Source of the DNA: a virus | Lineage: Duplodnaviria > Caudoviricetes | IMG/VR virus record: IMGVR_UViG_3300050343_000159 | Direction: 5' to 3' (one strand) | Length of the DNA: 64,000 nt | Shown: positions 17,661 through 26,874 of the stretch, in pieces | Layout of the letters: every line of letters starts with the position of its first letter | How positions within the stretch are numbered: position 1 is the first letter of the stretch | Notes under the pieces: model-generated | Databases searched by the model: none | What the model was told of the DNA's origin: nothing | Seen by the model: the letters and a program-made list of their open reading frames with translations, nothing else | Position numbers and translations under genes: made by a program

Positions 17661-17906
17661 ATGCAAAAAGTAATTAATGTTTTAGCAGTCCTGTCGTTTG
17701 TGGGAACTGCGGGTATCATTGGAGGTGGTACTGCAGTGTATCTCAATAAGGATTCTATTATTGAGAATGCAAAGAACCAAATTGCAGCAGCTGCAGGAGA
17801 AGCAATTGCTGGACAACTTCCTGGAATGATGGATGCTGGTATGCCAGAACTTCCTAGTGCTACTGGTGGAGCTGTTCCTATGGGTGGAAGTGCACTTCCT
17901 TTCTGA
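17661..17906 (+). CDS. hypothetical protein with N-terminal TM helix
   Basis: 81-aa ORF; VLAVLSFVGTAGIIGGG. Confidence 0.55.
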   Translation: MQKVINVLAVLSFVGTAGIIGGGTAVYLNKDSIIENAKNQIAAAAGEAIAGQLPGMMDAGMPELPSATGGAVPMGGSALPF

Positions 17907-18716
17907 TGGATATCCCTGAAATCGTTATCCCTAATACGAGTGTCAATATTAGTGACATTCGTAATTTGAATATCGATGTAATGCCTGATTGGATGAGAGA
18001 TCCTCCTCAGGCATTACCAATTTACCCACCCGTGTCTACACAGGTGGGTGTTCCTATTGTTAATATACCTGGATGTGTTGAGTCACATAGAGATAGTAGT
18101 GAGAATCAAACACTCAAAGAAGAGGATAGGGATGGTGTCCAGGTATTTTGTGATGCAGGAACACCTAGTTATAGTCCATTAGATTATGATCCACGTAGAT
18201 TAGAAGATAACAACAACATCTCCACCACCTCCACCATATAAAGCACCTGATACAAAACCACCACCAACTCCTGATGCACCAGTCACCTCCACCAACTCCA
18301 CCTGCAAAAGCAGAGTGTCCGAGTAGAGCACAAGAATTAAAAAACCCTGTAGGAAAAGTATCCTAGAGGGTAATAAAAAGATTACTGGGTATGAGACAGT
18401 AGGAAAAGAATGTCTCCCCGTATTTGAAAATTTAAATATACCAGATCAGATTGTCCAGAACATACCATCAGCAGGTATGATAACTGTCACTGCATCTATC
18501 GCTGTGGTGGCAACGACCTCGGCACTGCTTGCAAAACCTCTTGCTGACCTTTTGTTAAAAGTGGTGAAACCTGTGACGAAGAAGGTTGTGAAGAAGATTG
18601 CTGCCTTACGGGGTAAGAAACCCCCGGTATTGTCTGCGACTGAGAGGAAGGCGGAGCAACGGGATAGGAACCGGGCGATAAAGATCCTACGTTCGGCACT
18701 GAAGCCGAAGGGATAG
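17906..18716 (+). CDS. conserved hypothetical protein (Pro-rich, Cys pairs, C-terminal TM); several apparent indels
   Basis: Fragments 17906-18241 and 18477-18716, joined by a Pro-rich region with ECP and ECLP. Confidence 0.55.
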
Positions 18717-19500
18717 AGTGACGATGTTGCTTAACAGTATTAACATTATTAACTACCACGTCCGCACATATTTTTCTATAAGGGCTGCGTGGATGAAAAG
18801 AAATTCCTTGCTGCATTAACTGACCACAATTCTTAAGTCTAGCCAATTCAAAGTCTAATCTTTTATTAGCAAGCATCTGTCCTTGTAAAGCAATCTGAGT
18901 ATCTGCTGCTTGCTTACAACGTTCTTGTAGTCCACCATCAAGTGGGAAAGATATTGTTGCAGATAATCCAAGACTGGTGCTGTAATTTTTAGTGTCACCA
19001 GTTCTTACTGGTTTCTCCCAAAGTTCTGCTCCAGGATTATCAGGCACACCATCACCCATCATTTCCATAACTGTGATGGGCATGTCTGCACCATCTTCAT
19101 AGGCACGAACAGTTTCACCTTCTGAGTTTGTATATGTCCTATCATCATAATGTTCAGACCAAGGCCAGTTCTTCACATTCTTCTGAACTTCTACTAACTG
19201 ACCTTCAAAATCTCTTCCATCATATTGAGGTTCCATATAGTGTGTTTCAAATGGATCCTTCTCATTACGAGCATGAGTAATGAATGGTGTGATGTTAGCA
19301 GTCGGTCCTTGACATGCAATACCCCCACCATATTGATTAGTGATGTATGGTCCTTGTAAGACCTGAATAGCTTGGTTGGTAACTGAGCCTGAACTATTTG
19401 CGATTGGGTTTGCTGTTGCAGAAACACCTCCCACATCAGCAGCACTGACAGGGGAGGCGATAAGAAGTGATATTACTGGGTAAAGATACTTGTGGTATCT
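18496..19500 (-). CDS. secreted/exported protein with signal peptide (start uncertain, ~19500)
   Basis: KYLYPVISLLIASPVSA|ADVGGVSATANP..; four C-terminal Cys; C-terminus overlaps the convergent + gene. Confidence 0.6.
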   Translation of the reverse strand, partial: RYHKYLYPVISLLIASPVSAADVGGVSATANPIANSSGSVTNQAIQVLQGPYITNQYGGGIACQGPTANITPFITHARNEKDPFETHYMEPQYDGRDFEGQLVEVQKNVKNWPWSEHYDDRTYTNSEGETVRAYEDGADMPITVMEMMGDGVPDNPGAELWEKPVRTGDTKNYSTSLGLSATISFPLDGGLQERCKQAADTQIALQGQMLANKRLDFELARLKNCGQLMQQGISFHPRSPYRKICADVVVNNVNTVKQHRHSIPSASVPNVGSLSPGSYPVAPPSSQSQTIPGVSYPVRQQSSSQPSSSQVSPLLTKGQQEVLQAVPRSLPPQR

Positions 19501-19943
19501 GTGATGCTTGTAACCTCTGTGGTTCTTTGGATCACAGTTTGATTCGTTACACCCGGTCCCATGTAGGTCTGAGAGAACTGAAATGCTGCTCCTGGATCTG
19601 CGATTGTAAAACTCTGTCCACTTAAATTTAGACCAGAGTTGGCGCTTGTTACTTGCCCCTCTGTTCCTCCTAATGGATTCACGATCACTGAGTTTGTCGT
19701 TGGGTTCGGACTGAGGGATTGTCCCCCGTTGGTCACGTTTGAACCCGATACTGAATATTGCCATCCTGTTGCATAATCTATAGAGTTGATAGTTTCAGTC
19801 ACCTTGGAGGTTGTCTCTGTGTGACTCGTCATGCTTCCCTGAGTGAAGTTTGGCACTACAGGGACCGCCAGGGCAGCGGCAGGAATAAGACTTACTCCCA
19901 CCGCAGACATCACAATATATATGATTGTCTTTCCAGAAGTCAT
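19473..19943 (-). CDS. secreted protein with signal peptide, Thr/Ser/Gln-rich
   Basis: IIYIVMSAVGVSLIPAAALA|VPVVPNFTQGSM. Confidence 0.7.
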   Translation of the reverse strand: MTSGKTIIYIVMSAVGVSLIPAAALAVPVVPNFTQGSMTSHTETTSKVTETINSIDYATGWQYSVSGSNVTNGGQSLSPNPTTNSVIVNPLGGTEGQVTSANSGLNLSGQSFTIADPGAAFQFSQTYMGPGVTNQTVIQRTTEVTSITDTTSIFTQ

Positions 19944-19963
19944 GTTTTCTGACCTCCATTTAT

Positions 19964-20460
19964 TTAGTGTAGAATCGTGAGCTCACTGACAAATTGACCA
20001 GTAGCATTTGTACCAGCACCACCAGCCGTCAAAGTAATTACACCAGCAGTTGTAGAGTACCACCATCAGAGATCGCCAACAACACCAGCAGCAGTGGATG
20101 TAATGTTTCCAAAGTTTGCTACATCACCAACAGTGGTGCAGAAGTTGGGATTGCATCTGCCTGTGTATAAGACTGAGAGAAACTAAAAGCACTACCAGGA
20201 TTATCCTGAGTGGCAGCGATTGTGCCTGGGGCATAAATTCCACTGGTAATTGCACCAGTAGAAATTGTATTAACTGTTGTTCCGTCAGTAGTATCTACAC
20301 CGCTACCTGAAATTGAGAAGTTACTACCAAGTCTTGTGACATTAGTAGCAGCTGCATCAACGGTTAATTGAACACTAGAAGATAACTTATGAGTAAGAGC
20401 ACCTGCATTTGCTGCTGGTGCGGTCATCAATAACATTATGAAAGGTAAAAACCGTTTCAT
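19964..20460 (-). CDS. secreted protein with signal peptide, Gly/Ser/Thr-rich; apparent indels near 20130-20060
   Basis: MKRFLPFIMLLMTAPAANA|GALTHKLSSSVQL; re-joined end SELTILH*; CTAAATA late box at 20486-92 on the minus strand. Confidence 0.65.
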
Positions 20461-20593
20461 AGTAAACCGAGAAGGGTATGTGTGCTATTTAGAAACTAAA
20501 TTTTTTGATACAATGTTAAAGTATCACTACAAACATTTCACATAATCAATTAAATAGATTAAATAGTTATTCACCAAAAACAAATTAAATAAA

Positions 20594-20860
20594 ATGTATT
20601 CCAAGGAAACATCTGACTTATTTGTCAGTCGAAAGGAATGTCCAAAATGTGGAGCAGTGTGGTTAAATGGTCAACACATATGGAGCACTGGTCGTAAAGG
20701 TGATGAAGAAACTCTAAGTAACCTTGTGTGTAGTATCAAAAATGATCCACAATGTATTAACTCAAAACATAAGGTAGGTCATGTCTATGGTGAAAAAGAC
20801 ACTTGGGAAAAAAGAAGTAAATTTGTTAAACAAAAATTGAAGGAGATTGACGATGCCTAG
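20594..20860 (+). CDS. hypothetical protein with CxxC zinc-ribbon-like motif
   Basis: RKECPKCGAVWLNGQH..LVC..CIN. Confidence 0.55.
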   Translation: MYSKETSDLFVSRKECPKCGAVWLNGQHIWSTGRKGDEETLSNLVCSIKNDPQCINSKHKVGHVYGEKDTWEKRSKFVKQKLKEIDDA

Positions 20861-21009
20861 AGGTAAAATGTTGAAGTATGAAATGGAATCTCATCTTTAT
20901 AGGTTAAAGAATGAACTACACAGTAGGTCAGGAGTTGTGTGAATCTAAAGGTCTAGCTGATGAGTATCTCAATAGGGTCTTAGATAAACTTCAAGAGTTT
21001 AGATACTAA
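20853..21009 (+). CDS. hypothetical protein; apparent indel near 20935
   Basis: MPRGKMLKYEMESHLYRLKNEL / LADEYLNRVLDKLQEFRY. Confidence 0.45.
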
Positions 21010-21199
21010 GCTAAGCCCAACCTTTATCGGTAACAAACCTATTGTAGTCAAAACCAATACCCTTGTTAAGTACCAGTTCTCTAAGTGGAACACCAACTTA
21101 ACAGGGGTATTTCTTTGTGGTATGATAACAGGGTAAACAAAACTTTACATAAATAAACCAGTTACTTGTGTTGGTTTCAACATAAGTGTTTATACTTAC

Positions 21200-21318
21200 T
21201 CCCCTTAAACCAAGACCTATAGGGAGTCTAAAAACGTCTTTAATACCTGTATCTAAGGGTGATACAGGAATAGTAAAACCATCATTTCCCTGATGATCTT
21301 ACTTTTAAGTACATTACA
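21200..21318 (+). ncRNA. structured psbA 5' leader, candidate PhotoRC-II motif
   Basis: Hairpins AGAC/GTCT, CCTGTATC/GATACAGG (21246-68) and CATCA/TGATG directly upstream of psbA; TATACT -10 at 21191. Confidence 0.6.
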
Positions 21319-22401
21319 ATGGCTTCAACACTTTCAAGACAACAACAATCACAATCCACATGGAATGACTTCTGTGACTGGGTGACCTCCACCAACAATC
21401 GTCTGTATGTCGGTTGGTTCGGTGTACTGATGATCCCAACTCTGTTGGCGGCTACCATCTGTTTCATTATTGCATTCGTAGGTGCTCCTCCTGTGGACAT
21501 CGACGGTATCCGTGAACCCGTTGCTGGTTCACTCATGTATGGCAACAACATCATCTCTGGTGCTGTCGTTCCTTCCTCCAATGCAATCGGTCTACATTTC
21601 TACCCCATCTGGGAAGCAGCCTCACTCGATGAGTGGCTTTACAATGGCGGTCCTTTCCAACTGGTAGTCTTCCACTTCCTTATCGGCATCTACGCTTATA
21701 TGGGACGTGAGTGGGAACTTTCTTATCGTTTGGGTATGAGACCCTGGATCTGTGTGGCATATTCCGCACCTGTAGCTGCAGCGAGTGCAGTATTCCTGGT
21801 CTATCCTTTCGGTCAAGGTTCTTTCTCCGACGCGATGCCCCTGGGTATCTCTGGTACATTCAACTACATGTTGGTCTTCCAAGCAGAACATAACATCCTG
21901 ATGCACCCCTTCCACATGTTGGGAGTTGCTGGTGTCTTCGGTGGTTCACTCTTCTCGGCAATGCATGGTTCACTGGTTACTTCTTCTTTGGTTCGTGAAA
22001 CGACCGAGCAAGAGTCACAGAACTATGGTTATAAGTTCGGACAAGAGGAAGAGACCTATAACATCGTCGCAGCTCATGGCTACTTCGGTCGTCTCATCTT
22101 CCAATACGCTTCTTTCAACAACTCTAGAAGTCTTCACTTCTTCTTGGCAGCCTGGCCTGTTGTAGGTATCTGGTTCACCGCACTTGGTGTTTCCACGATG
22201 GCCTTCAACCTGAACGGTTTCAACTTCAACCAGTCCATCGTTGATGGTCAGTCCCGTGTTATCAACACCTGGGCCGACGTTCTCAACAGAGCTGGACTTG
22301 GTATGGAAGTTATGCATGAGAGAAACGCTCACAACTTCCCACTCGACCTGGCAGCAGCTGAGTCTACTCCTGTAGCACTCACCGCTCCTTCTATCGGTTG
22401 A
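21319..22401 (+). CDS. psbA: photosystem II D1 protein
   Basis: Intact 360-aa D1: [39 protein letters not shown]. Confidence 0.99.
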   Translation: MASTLSRQQQSQSTWNDFCDWVTSTNNRLYVGWFGVLMIPTLLAATICFIIAFVGAPPVDIDGIREPVAGSLMYGNNIISGAVVPSSNAIGLHFYPIWEAASLDEWLYNGGPFQLVVFHFLIGIYAYMGREWELSYRLGMRPWICVAYSAPVAAASAVFLVYPFGQGSFSDAMPLGISGTFNYMLVFQAEHNILMHPFHMLGVAGVFGGSLFSAMHGSLVTSSLVRETTEQESQNYGYKFGQEEETYNIVAAHGYFGRLIFQYASFNNSRSLHFFLAAWPVVGIWFTALGVSTMAFNLNGFNFNQSIVDGQSRVINTWADVLNRAGLGMEVMHERNAHNFPLDLAAAESTPVALTAPSIG

Positions 22402-22426
22402 TATAACACCTGATACGTGTTACAAT

Positions 22427-22453
22427 AAGAGGGACTTCGGTCCCTCTTTTTCT
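22427..22453 (+). terminator. intrinsic terminator after psbA
   Basis: AAGAGGGAC-TTCG-GTCCCTCTT followed by a T run. Confidence 0.9.
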
Positions 22454-22478
22454 TTATTCTTTAATGTGAAGTTTTATT

Positions 22479-22685
22479 ATGATTGAACTTTTAACTTACT
22501 ATGTTATTGGTGGAGCACTACTAGTTGGAGCTCCTGCTGTGTTCTTCCTTATCGCTTTTATGCCAGCCCTTCAAAATACGAAAGGTCGTATGGTTGGATA
22601 TAAGGATCGGAAAGCATATGGTGACATCTCTTCTTACGAGAACTCACCCACAGATCAAACTAAATTCTTTTTAGAACTGAACTAA
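22479..22685 (+). CDS. small membrane protein
   Basis: N-terminal TM; MPALQNTKGRMVGYKD. Confidence 0.55.
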   Translation: MIELLTYYVIGGALLVGAPAVFFLIAFMPALQNTKGRMVGYKDRKAYGDISSYENSPTDQTKFFLELN

Positions 22686-22687
22686 TC

Positions 22688-22921
22688 ATGTCCTGTAAAA
22701 CTTTAAGAACAGATATTCTCTCTGCACTTAGAAGTGCAGCAGAAGGAAATATTCAAAAGGCAAGGATCAACATTGAGGTTTACTTGCACAACCCTGTTGG
22801 TATCGGTGAACACCCAGATGTGTTAGGTGCCATTCAGGATCAACTCGATGTTATTGCACACGAAGAGGAACGTATTCAAGTAATTGAAAAGCACTTCTCT
22901 TCACATACTCACTCAGAATAA
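22688..22921 (+). CDS. conserved hypothetical phage protein
   Basis: NIEVYLHNPVGIGEHPDV helical hairpin. Confidence 0.6.
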   Translation: MSCKTLRTDILSALRSAAEGNIQKARINIEVYLHNPVGIGEHPDVLGAIQDQLDVIAHEEERIQVIEKHFSSHTHSE

Positions 22922-23977
22922 ATGGCAACATCTACACTTGCACCTCCCACTAGGGGGTGGTTCGATCTTTTAGACGACTGGTTAAAACGAGACAGATTTG
23001 TATTCATAGGATGGTCCGGTGTTCTTCTTCTACCTACTGCTTACCTTGCAATTGGGGGCTGGCTTACTGGCACAACTTTCGTTACGAGCTGGTATACCCA
23101 TGGTCTCGCTAGTTCCTATCTTGAGGGTTCTAACTTTCTTACGGCAGCTGTTAGTACTCCAGCTGATGCTATGGGTCATTCTCTTCTTCTCCTCTGGGGT
23201 CCAGAGGCTCAGGGGGATTTCGTCCGATGGTGTCAACTTGGGGGACTCTGGAATTTTGTGGCACTCCACGGAGCCTTTGCTCTCATTGGTTTCATGCTTC
23301 GACAGTTTGAAATCTCTCGTCTCGTAGGAATTAGACCATACAATGCTATTGCGTTCTCTGGGCCTATCGCTGTTTTTGTCAGTGTGTTTCCTCATCTATC
23401 CACTCGGTCAGTCCAGTTGGTTCTTTCGCACCGTCGTTTGGTGTTGCAGCGATCTTTAGGTTCCTACTCTTCCTACAGGGTTTCCACAACTGGACGCTCA
23501 ACCCATTCCATATGATGGGAGTTGCAGGTATCCTAGGTGGAGCACTACTCAGCTATCCACGGTGTCACAGTAGAGAATACATTGTATGAAGATGGTGAAC
23601 AGGCAAACACATTCAAAGCCTTTGACTCTACACAAGAGGAAGAGACTTACTCTATGGTTACGGCCAACAGATTCTGGTCTCAAATTTTTGGTATCGCTTT
23701 TAGTAACAAGCGCTGGCTTCATTTCTTTATGTTATTTGTTCCAGTTATGGGGCTCTGGACTAGTAGTATTGGGATTATTGGGCTTGCTCTTAATCTTCGT
23801 GCTTACGACTTTGTAAGTCAAGAGATCAGAGCAGCAGAAGATCCTGAGTTTGAAACCTTCTACACAAAGAACATTCTCTTGAATGAAGGACTACGTGCAT
23901 GGTTGGCACCAGTTGATCAACCACATGAGTCATTTGTATTCCCAGAAGAAGTATTACCTAGAGGTAACGCACTATGA
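22922..23977 (+). CDS. psbD: photosystem II D2 protein; apparent indels at ~23388-23550
   Basis: [21 protein letters not shown] ... [12 protein letters not shown] ... AIHG ... [10 protein letters not shown] ... [10 protein letters not shown] spread over three frames. Confidence 0.97.
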
Positions 23978-24219
23978 TTAAATCTCTATTCAGTTTGGTA
24001 TTTGCAGCTCTAATGTGGGTTCAAGTACCTCAGTGGAAAGATGATTGGTCTAAGTGTGCTGTTGATGTACCTGACACAGCATGTCACTGGTACATCGTGG
24101 CACCAGATAGCACCATGGGAGAGGGGTTCGATTGGGCCACCGCTCCCTGGTTCTCAGTCGAAGGATTGAGAGACATTGGTGAACTCAAAAACACAGTCCA
24201 GTCTCTACAGGAGGCATAA
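23974..24219 (+). CDS. hypothetical protein
   Basis: [21 protein letters not shown], Trp/Cys-rich. Confidence 0.55.
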   Translation: MIKSLFSLVFAALMWVQVPQWKDDWSKCAVDVPDTACHWYIVAPDSTMGEGFDWATAPWFSVEGLRDIGELKNTVQSLQEA

Positions 24220-24425
24220 TGAATAACTTCGAAGTCATTTTATACTTCGTCTGCTTCGCTGCTATTGGTGGCGGTGCCTTTGCTATGATGTGGTCTAACA
24301 TCCAATCTATTAACATAGAGATGGCAAAACCTAAACCACGTCACCCTGAAGCACCACAAGCAGGTGAAGAACTGATGTATGTGGATTTAAGTAGAGAAAA
24401 ACTAGAGGATTTGTATAATGATTAA
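24219..24425 (+). CDS. small membrane protein (DUF2973-like)
   Basis: N-terminal TM, then RHPEAP...GEELMYV. Confidence 0.5.
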   Translation: MNNFEVILYFVCFAAIGGGAFAMMWSNIQSINIEMAKPKPRHPEAPQAGEELMYVDLSREKLEDLYND

Positions 24426-24816
24426 GTCATTAGGATTCTTACTACTCCGTTTATCGATAGGCATCATGCTTATCCATCATGGATACGAGAAACTAGATAA
24501 CATTGAAAACTTTGCGGATGCATTTGTAAGACCATTACATCTTCCGTTTCCAATCTTCTTCTCATACGTTGCAGCTTTCTCTGAGATTGTAGGAAGTTGG
24601 TTGGTTATCTTTGGACTTGTTACTAGGTTGGGTGCCTTAGCAATCTTAGGCACTGTATCATTTGGAATCTATCACGCTTTAGTTACAGCTGGATTCAACA
24701 TCTATCTGTTAGAACTCTTAGTTCTTTACTGGGGAGGTGCAGCTTGTATCGTTCTCGGTGGTGGTGGTAACTTCTCAATAGATCATTTGATACTAAGAAG
24801 ACTTAAAGGAGTATAA
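24418..24816 (+). CDS. DoxX-family membrane protein
   Basis: LLLRLSIGIMLIHHGYEKL, AFSEIVG..L..GL.TR.GAL, G.G.FSID. Confidence 0.8.
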   Translation: MIKSLGFLLLRLSIGIMLIHHGYEKLDNIENFADAFVRPLHLPFPIFFSYVAAFSEIVGSWLVIFGLVTRLGALAILGTVSFGIYHALVTAGFNIYLLELLVLYWGGAACIVLGGGGNFSIDHLILRRLKGV

Positions 24817-24846
24817 ATTTATACCCTAATAACAGGAAATACACAC

Positions 24847-24880
24847 GGAGGGTTGACCCTCCTTTTTTTGTGTGTATAAT
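24847..24880 (+). terminator. intrinsic terminator overlapping a sigma70 promoter
   Basis: GGAGGG-TTGA-CCCTCC-T7; TTGACC 24853-58, 16-nt spacer, TG-TATAAT 24875-80. Confidence 0.75.
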
Positions 24881-24904
24881 TAGTGTATGTAATTTTGTTT
24901 TTAC

Positions 24905-25198
24905 ATGGATCATTCAGTAACACTACAATATCCTGACGGTCGTGAGGAGAAGTTCACTTGTCCAGAGGACGAGTACATCCTAGACGTGGCAGAAGAACAA
25001 GGATATGACCTTCCATATTCATGTAGGGCAGGTGCTTGTTCCTCATGTTGTGGAAAGATTGTTTCTGGAACTCTGGATCAAAGCGATCAATCCTTCCTAG
25101 ATGATGAACAAGTGGAAGCAGGGTTCGCTATGTTGTGTGTATCCTATCCAAGTTCTGATCTGGTAATTAAGGCAGAGGCAGAAGAGGAACTATACTAA
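24905..25198 (+). CDS. petF: plant-type [2Fe-2S] ferredoxin
   Basis: [13 protein letters not shown] ... LCVSYP. Confidence 0.96.
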   Translation: MDHSVTLQYPDGREEKFTCPEDEYILDVAEEQGYDLPYSCRAGACSSCCGKIVSGTLDQSDQSFLDDEQVEAGFAMLCVSYPSSDLVIKAEAEEELY

Positions 25199-25200
25199 AA

Positions 25201-25494
25201 GTGAAAACTCTTTATATTCATCCCTTAGGTGACACAAGTTGTCTAACACATGATGGATACATTCAAATAGGAGTATTCAATCATTCACTAGAGAAACACC
25301 TTGAACTTAATCCGACTATAAACTGGATTGAAACCTATTGGTATCCTGATGTATTTTCAAACAGATACAAGAGAGCAAACTTTCAACAAACAGAAAAAGC
25401 TAATGAAGGAAGTCCTAGGACTGACAATGCATTAGATAGTCGCCCAAGAGACTTTCCTGATCAAGCACAAACTAGACTAGACAGAACGTTATGA
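25201..25494 (+). CDS. hypothetical protein (GTG start)
   Basis: 97-aa ORF translationally coupled to petE. Confidence 0.5.
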   Translation: MKTLYIHPLGDTSCLTHDGYIQIGVFNHSLEKHLELNPTINWIETYWYPDVFSNRYKRANFQQTEKANEGSPRTDNALDSRPRDFPDQAQTRLDRTL

Positions 25495-25818
25495 AATTTC
25501 TATTCACACTACTCGCATCAAGTTCTATTTTTGGCTCTCCCAGCATGGGCAGTTGATGTAACTATGGGTTCAAATGGTAACCTAGTATTTGCACCCAATG
25601 ACATCACTATCTCAGCAGGAGATACTGTTCACTTTATTAATGAAGCACTACCTCCTCACAATATCATTGTAGAAGGTCGTGCAGACCTTTCCAGAGAAGC
25701 ACTATTGTTTGCTCCTGGTGAATCACAAGACGTTGTGTTTGCTGATGTAGGAGATTATAATTTCTTCTGTGGTCCCCATCAAGGTGCTGGTATGACTGGA
25801 GTCATTCACGTTCAATGA
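25491..25818 (+). CDS. petE: plastocyanin; apparent indel in the signal peptide (~25530)
   Basis: PPHNI, FFCGPHQGAGM copper ligands; signal peptide MKFLFTLLA..LPAWA. Confidence 0.93.
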
Positions 25819-25991
25819 TCGATTCTCCAGAAGCACCTATCGAAGGTGAAGTTGATAAGTGGGGGTTTACAATTAAACCCTCTATTACTGACGATGAGTT
25901 GATCCTCATGTGTCTTAAGAATGCTCCTTGTGGGGCAGATCGTAAACAAGCAATTGCTCTTATTAAAAAGTACGAAGACAAAGTAAAATGA
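25815..25991 (+). CDS. hypothetical protein (58 aa)
   Basis: ATGA-coupled on both sides; DKWGFTIKP..CLKNAPCG. Confidence 0.5.
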   Translation: MIDSPEAPIEGEVDKWGFTIKPSITDDELILMCLKNAPCGADRKQAIALIKKYEDKVK

Positions 25992-26635
25992 AAATCTTCT
26001 TAGACACCGCGGACACATACGCTATTAAAGATTACTTTGATACAGGTCTCATCGATGGTGTCACAACTAATCCCACTCTGATTATGAAGAGTGGTCGTAA
26101 CCCTGATGATGTGTATCAGAAGATCAAAGATATTGGTGTCAAGGATATCAGTATGGAAGTGATGGGTAACTTTGTTGAGATGTATACAGAGGCATCACGA
26201 CTCTCTCAGAAGTTTGGTGATGTGGCAACTATCAAAGTTCCTATGACCCGTGATGGTTTGAAAGTATGTTATCAACTTTCTCAGGTTGATAAAGTGAGAG
26301 TGAATGTAACTCTTATCTTCTCAGCAGCTCAAGCAGTCCTAGCAGCTAAGGCTGGTGCCACCTATGTGTCACCCTTCGTTGGTCGTTTGGATGACCAGTC
26401 TGTGGCTGGTCTGGAGGTGGTTCGTTCTATCTCTGAACTGTATCGTATTCATCGTATCCCTACACAGGTACTATCAGCCTCCATTCGTTCGGTACAGAGG
26501 GCTGTACGGTCCTGGTATAACGGAGCAGAGGTGGTTACGATGCCTCCTAGTATCTTTGAACAGATGTATGATCACATCTTGACTGATAAGGGTCTGGAGA
26601 TCTTTGAGAAAGATGCAGCTAATATCAAACAATGA
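25988..26635 (+). CDS. talC: transaldolase (TalC/FSA family)
   Basis: IFLDTAD, GVTTNPTL, ATIKVP, NVTLIFS, SPFVGRLDD, ASIR. Confidence 0.96.
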   Translation: MKIFLDTADTYAIKDYFDTGLIDGVTTNPTLIMKSGRNPDDVYQKIKDIGVKDISMEVMGNFVEMYTEASRLSQKFGDVATIKVPMTRDGLKVCYQLSQVDKVRVNVTLIFSAAQAVLAAKAGATYVSPFVGRLDDQSVAGLEVVRSISELYRIHRIPTQVLSASIRSVQRAVRSWYNGAEVVTMPPSIFEQMYDHILTDKGLEIFEKDAANIKQ

Positions 26636-26808
26636 ACAGATATTACTACCGAGTTTATTCTGGTAGACCAGAAGAACTAGAAGCCGGGTATTATCCACAT
26701 CTTGAAGCAGTCTTTAAAACCAAAGAAGAGAGCATTGAGTTTGTAAATACTTGGTTGGACTTATATCCAAAAGGTGATGTGACCTTTTGGTATGAAAATC
26801 CAGATTAA
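26632..26808 (+). CDS. hypothetical protein (58 aa)
   Basis: Coupled ORF ending in DVTFWYENPD. Confidence 0.45.
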   Translation: MNRYYYRVYSGRPEELEAGYYPHLEAVFKTKEESIEFVNTWLDLYPKGDVTFWYENPD

Positions 26809-26810
26809 AA

Positions 26811-26854
26811 ATTGTCATAACCCTGTTGATCTCATAGGTCAATGGGGTTATACT
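26811..26854 (+). promoter_or_regulatory. hairpin-associated promoter (TGTCATA + inverted repeat + TATACT)
   Basis: ttgtcata-accc..ttga..tcaa.ggggt-TATACT, ~20 nt upstream of ATG 26875. Confidence 0.45.
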
Positions 26855-26874
26855 ATGTGTATCGGAAAACAACT

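Noticed and set aside
19500-19764. 422-aa single ORF 18496-19764
   Set aside because: Its first ~85 codons overlap the signal-peptide gene 19473-19943 in another frame and look non-coding; the signal-peptide-like segment begins near 19500.
21319-22921. Group I intron or homing endonuclease at psbA
   Set aside because: psbA is a continuous 360-aa ORF, and the two ORFs before psbD are short and lack HNH, GIY-YIG or LAGLIDADG motifs.
22922-23977. psbD as a pseudogene
   Set aside because: The protein sequence is highly conserved on both sides of the indels, and similar indels affect essential genes (gp5, gp48, gp53) throughout the window, so sequencing error is far more likely.
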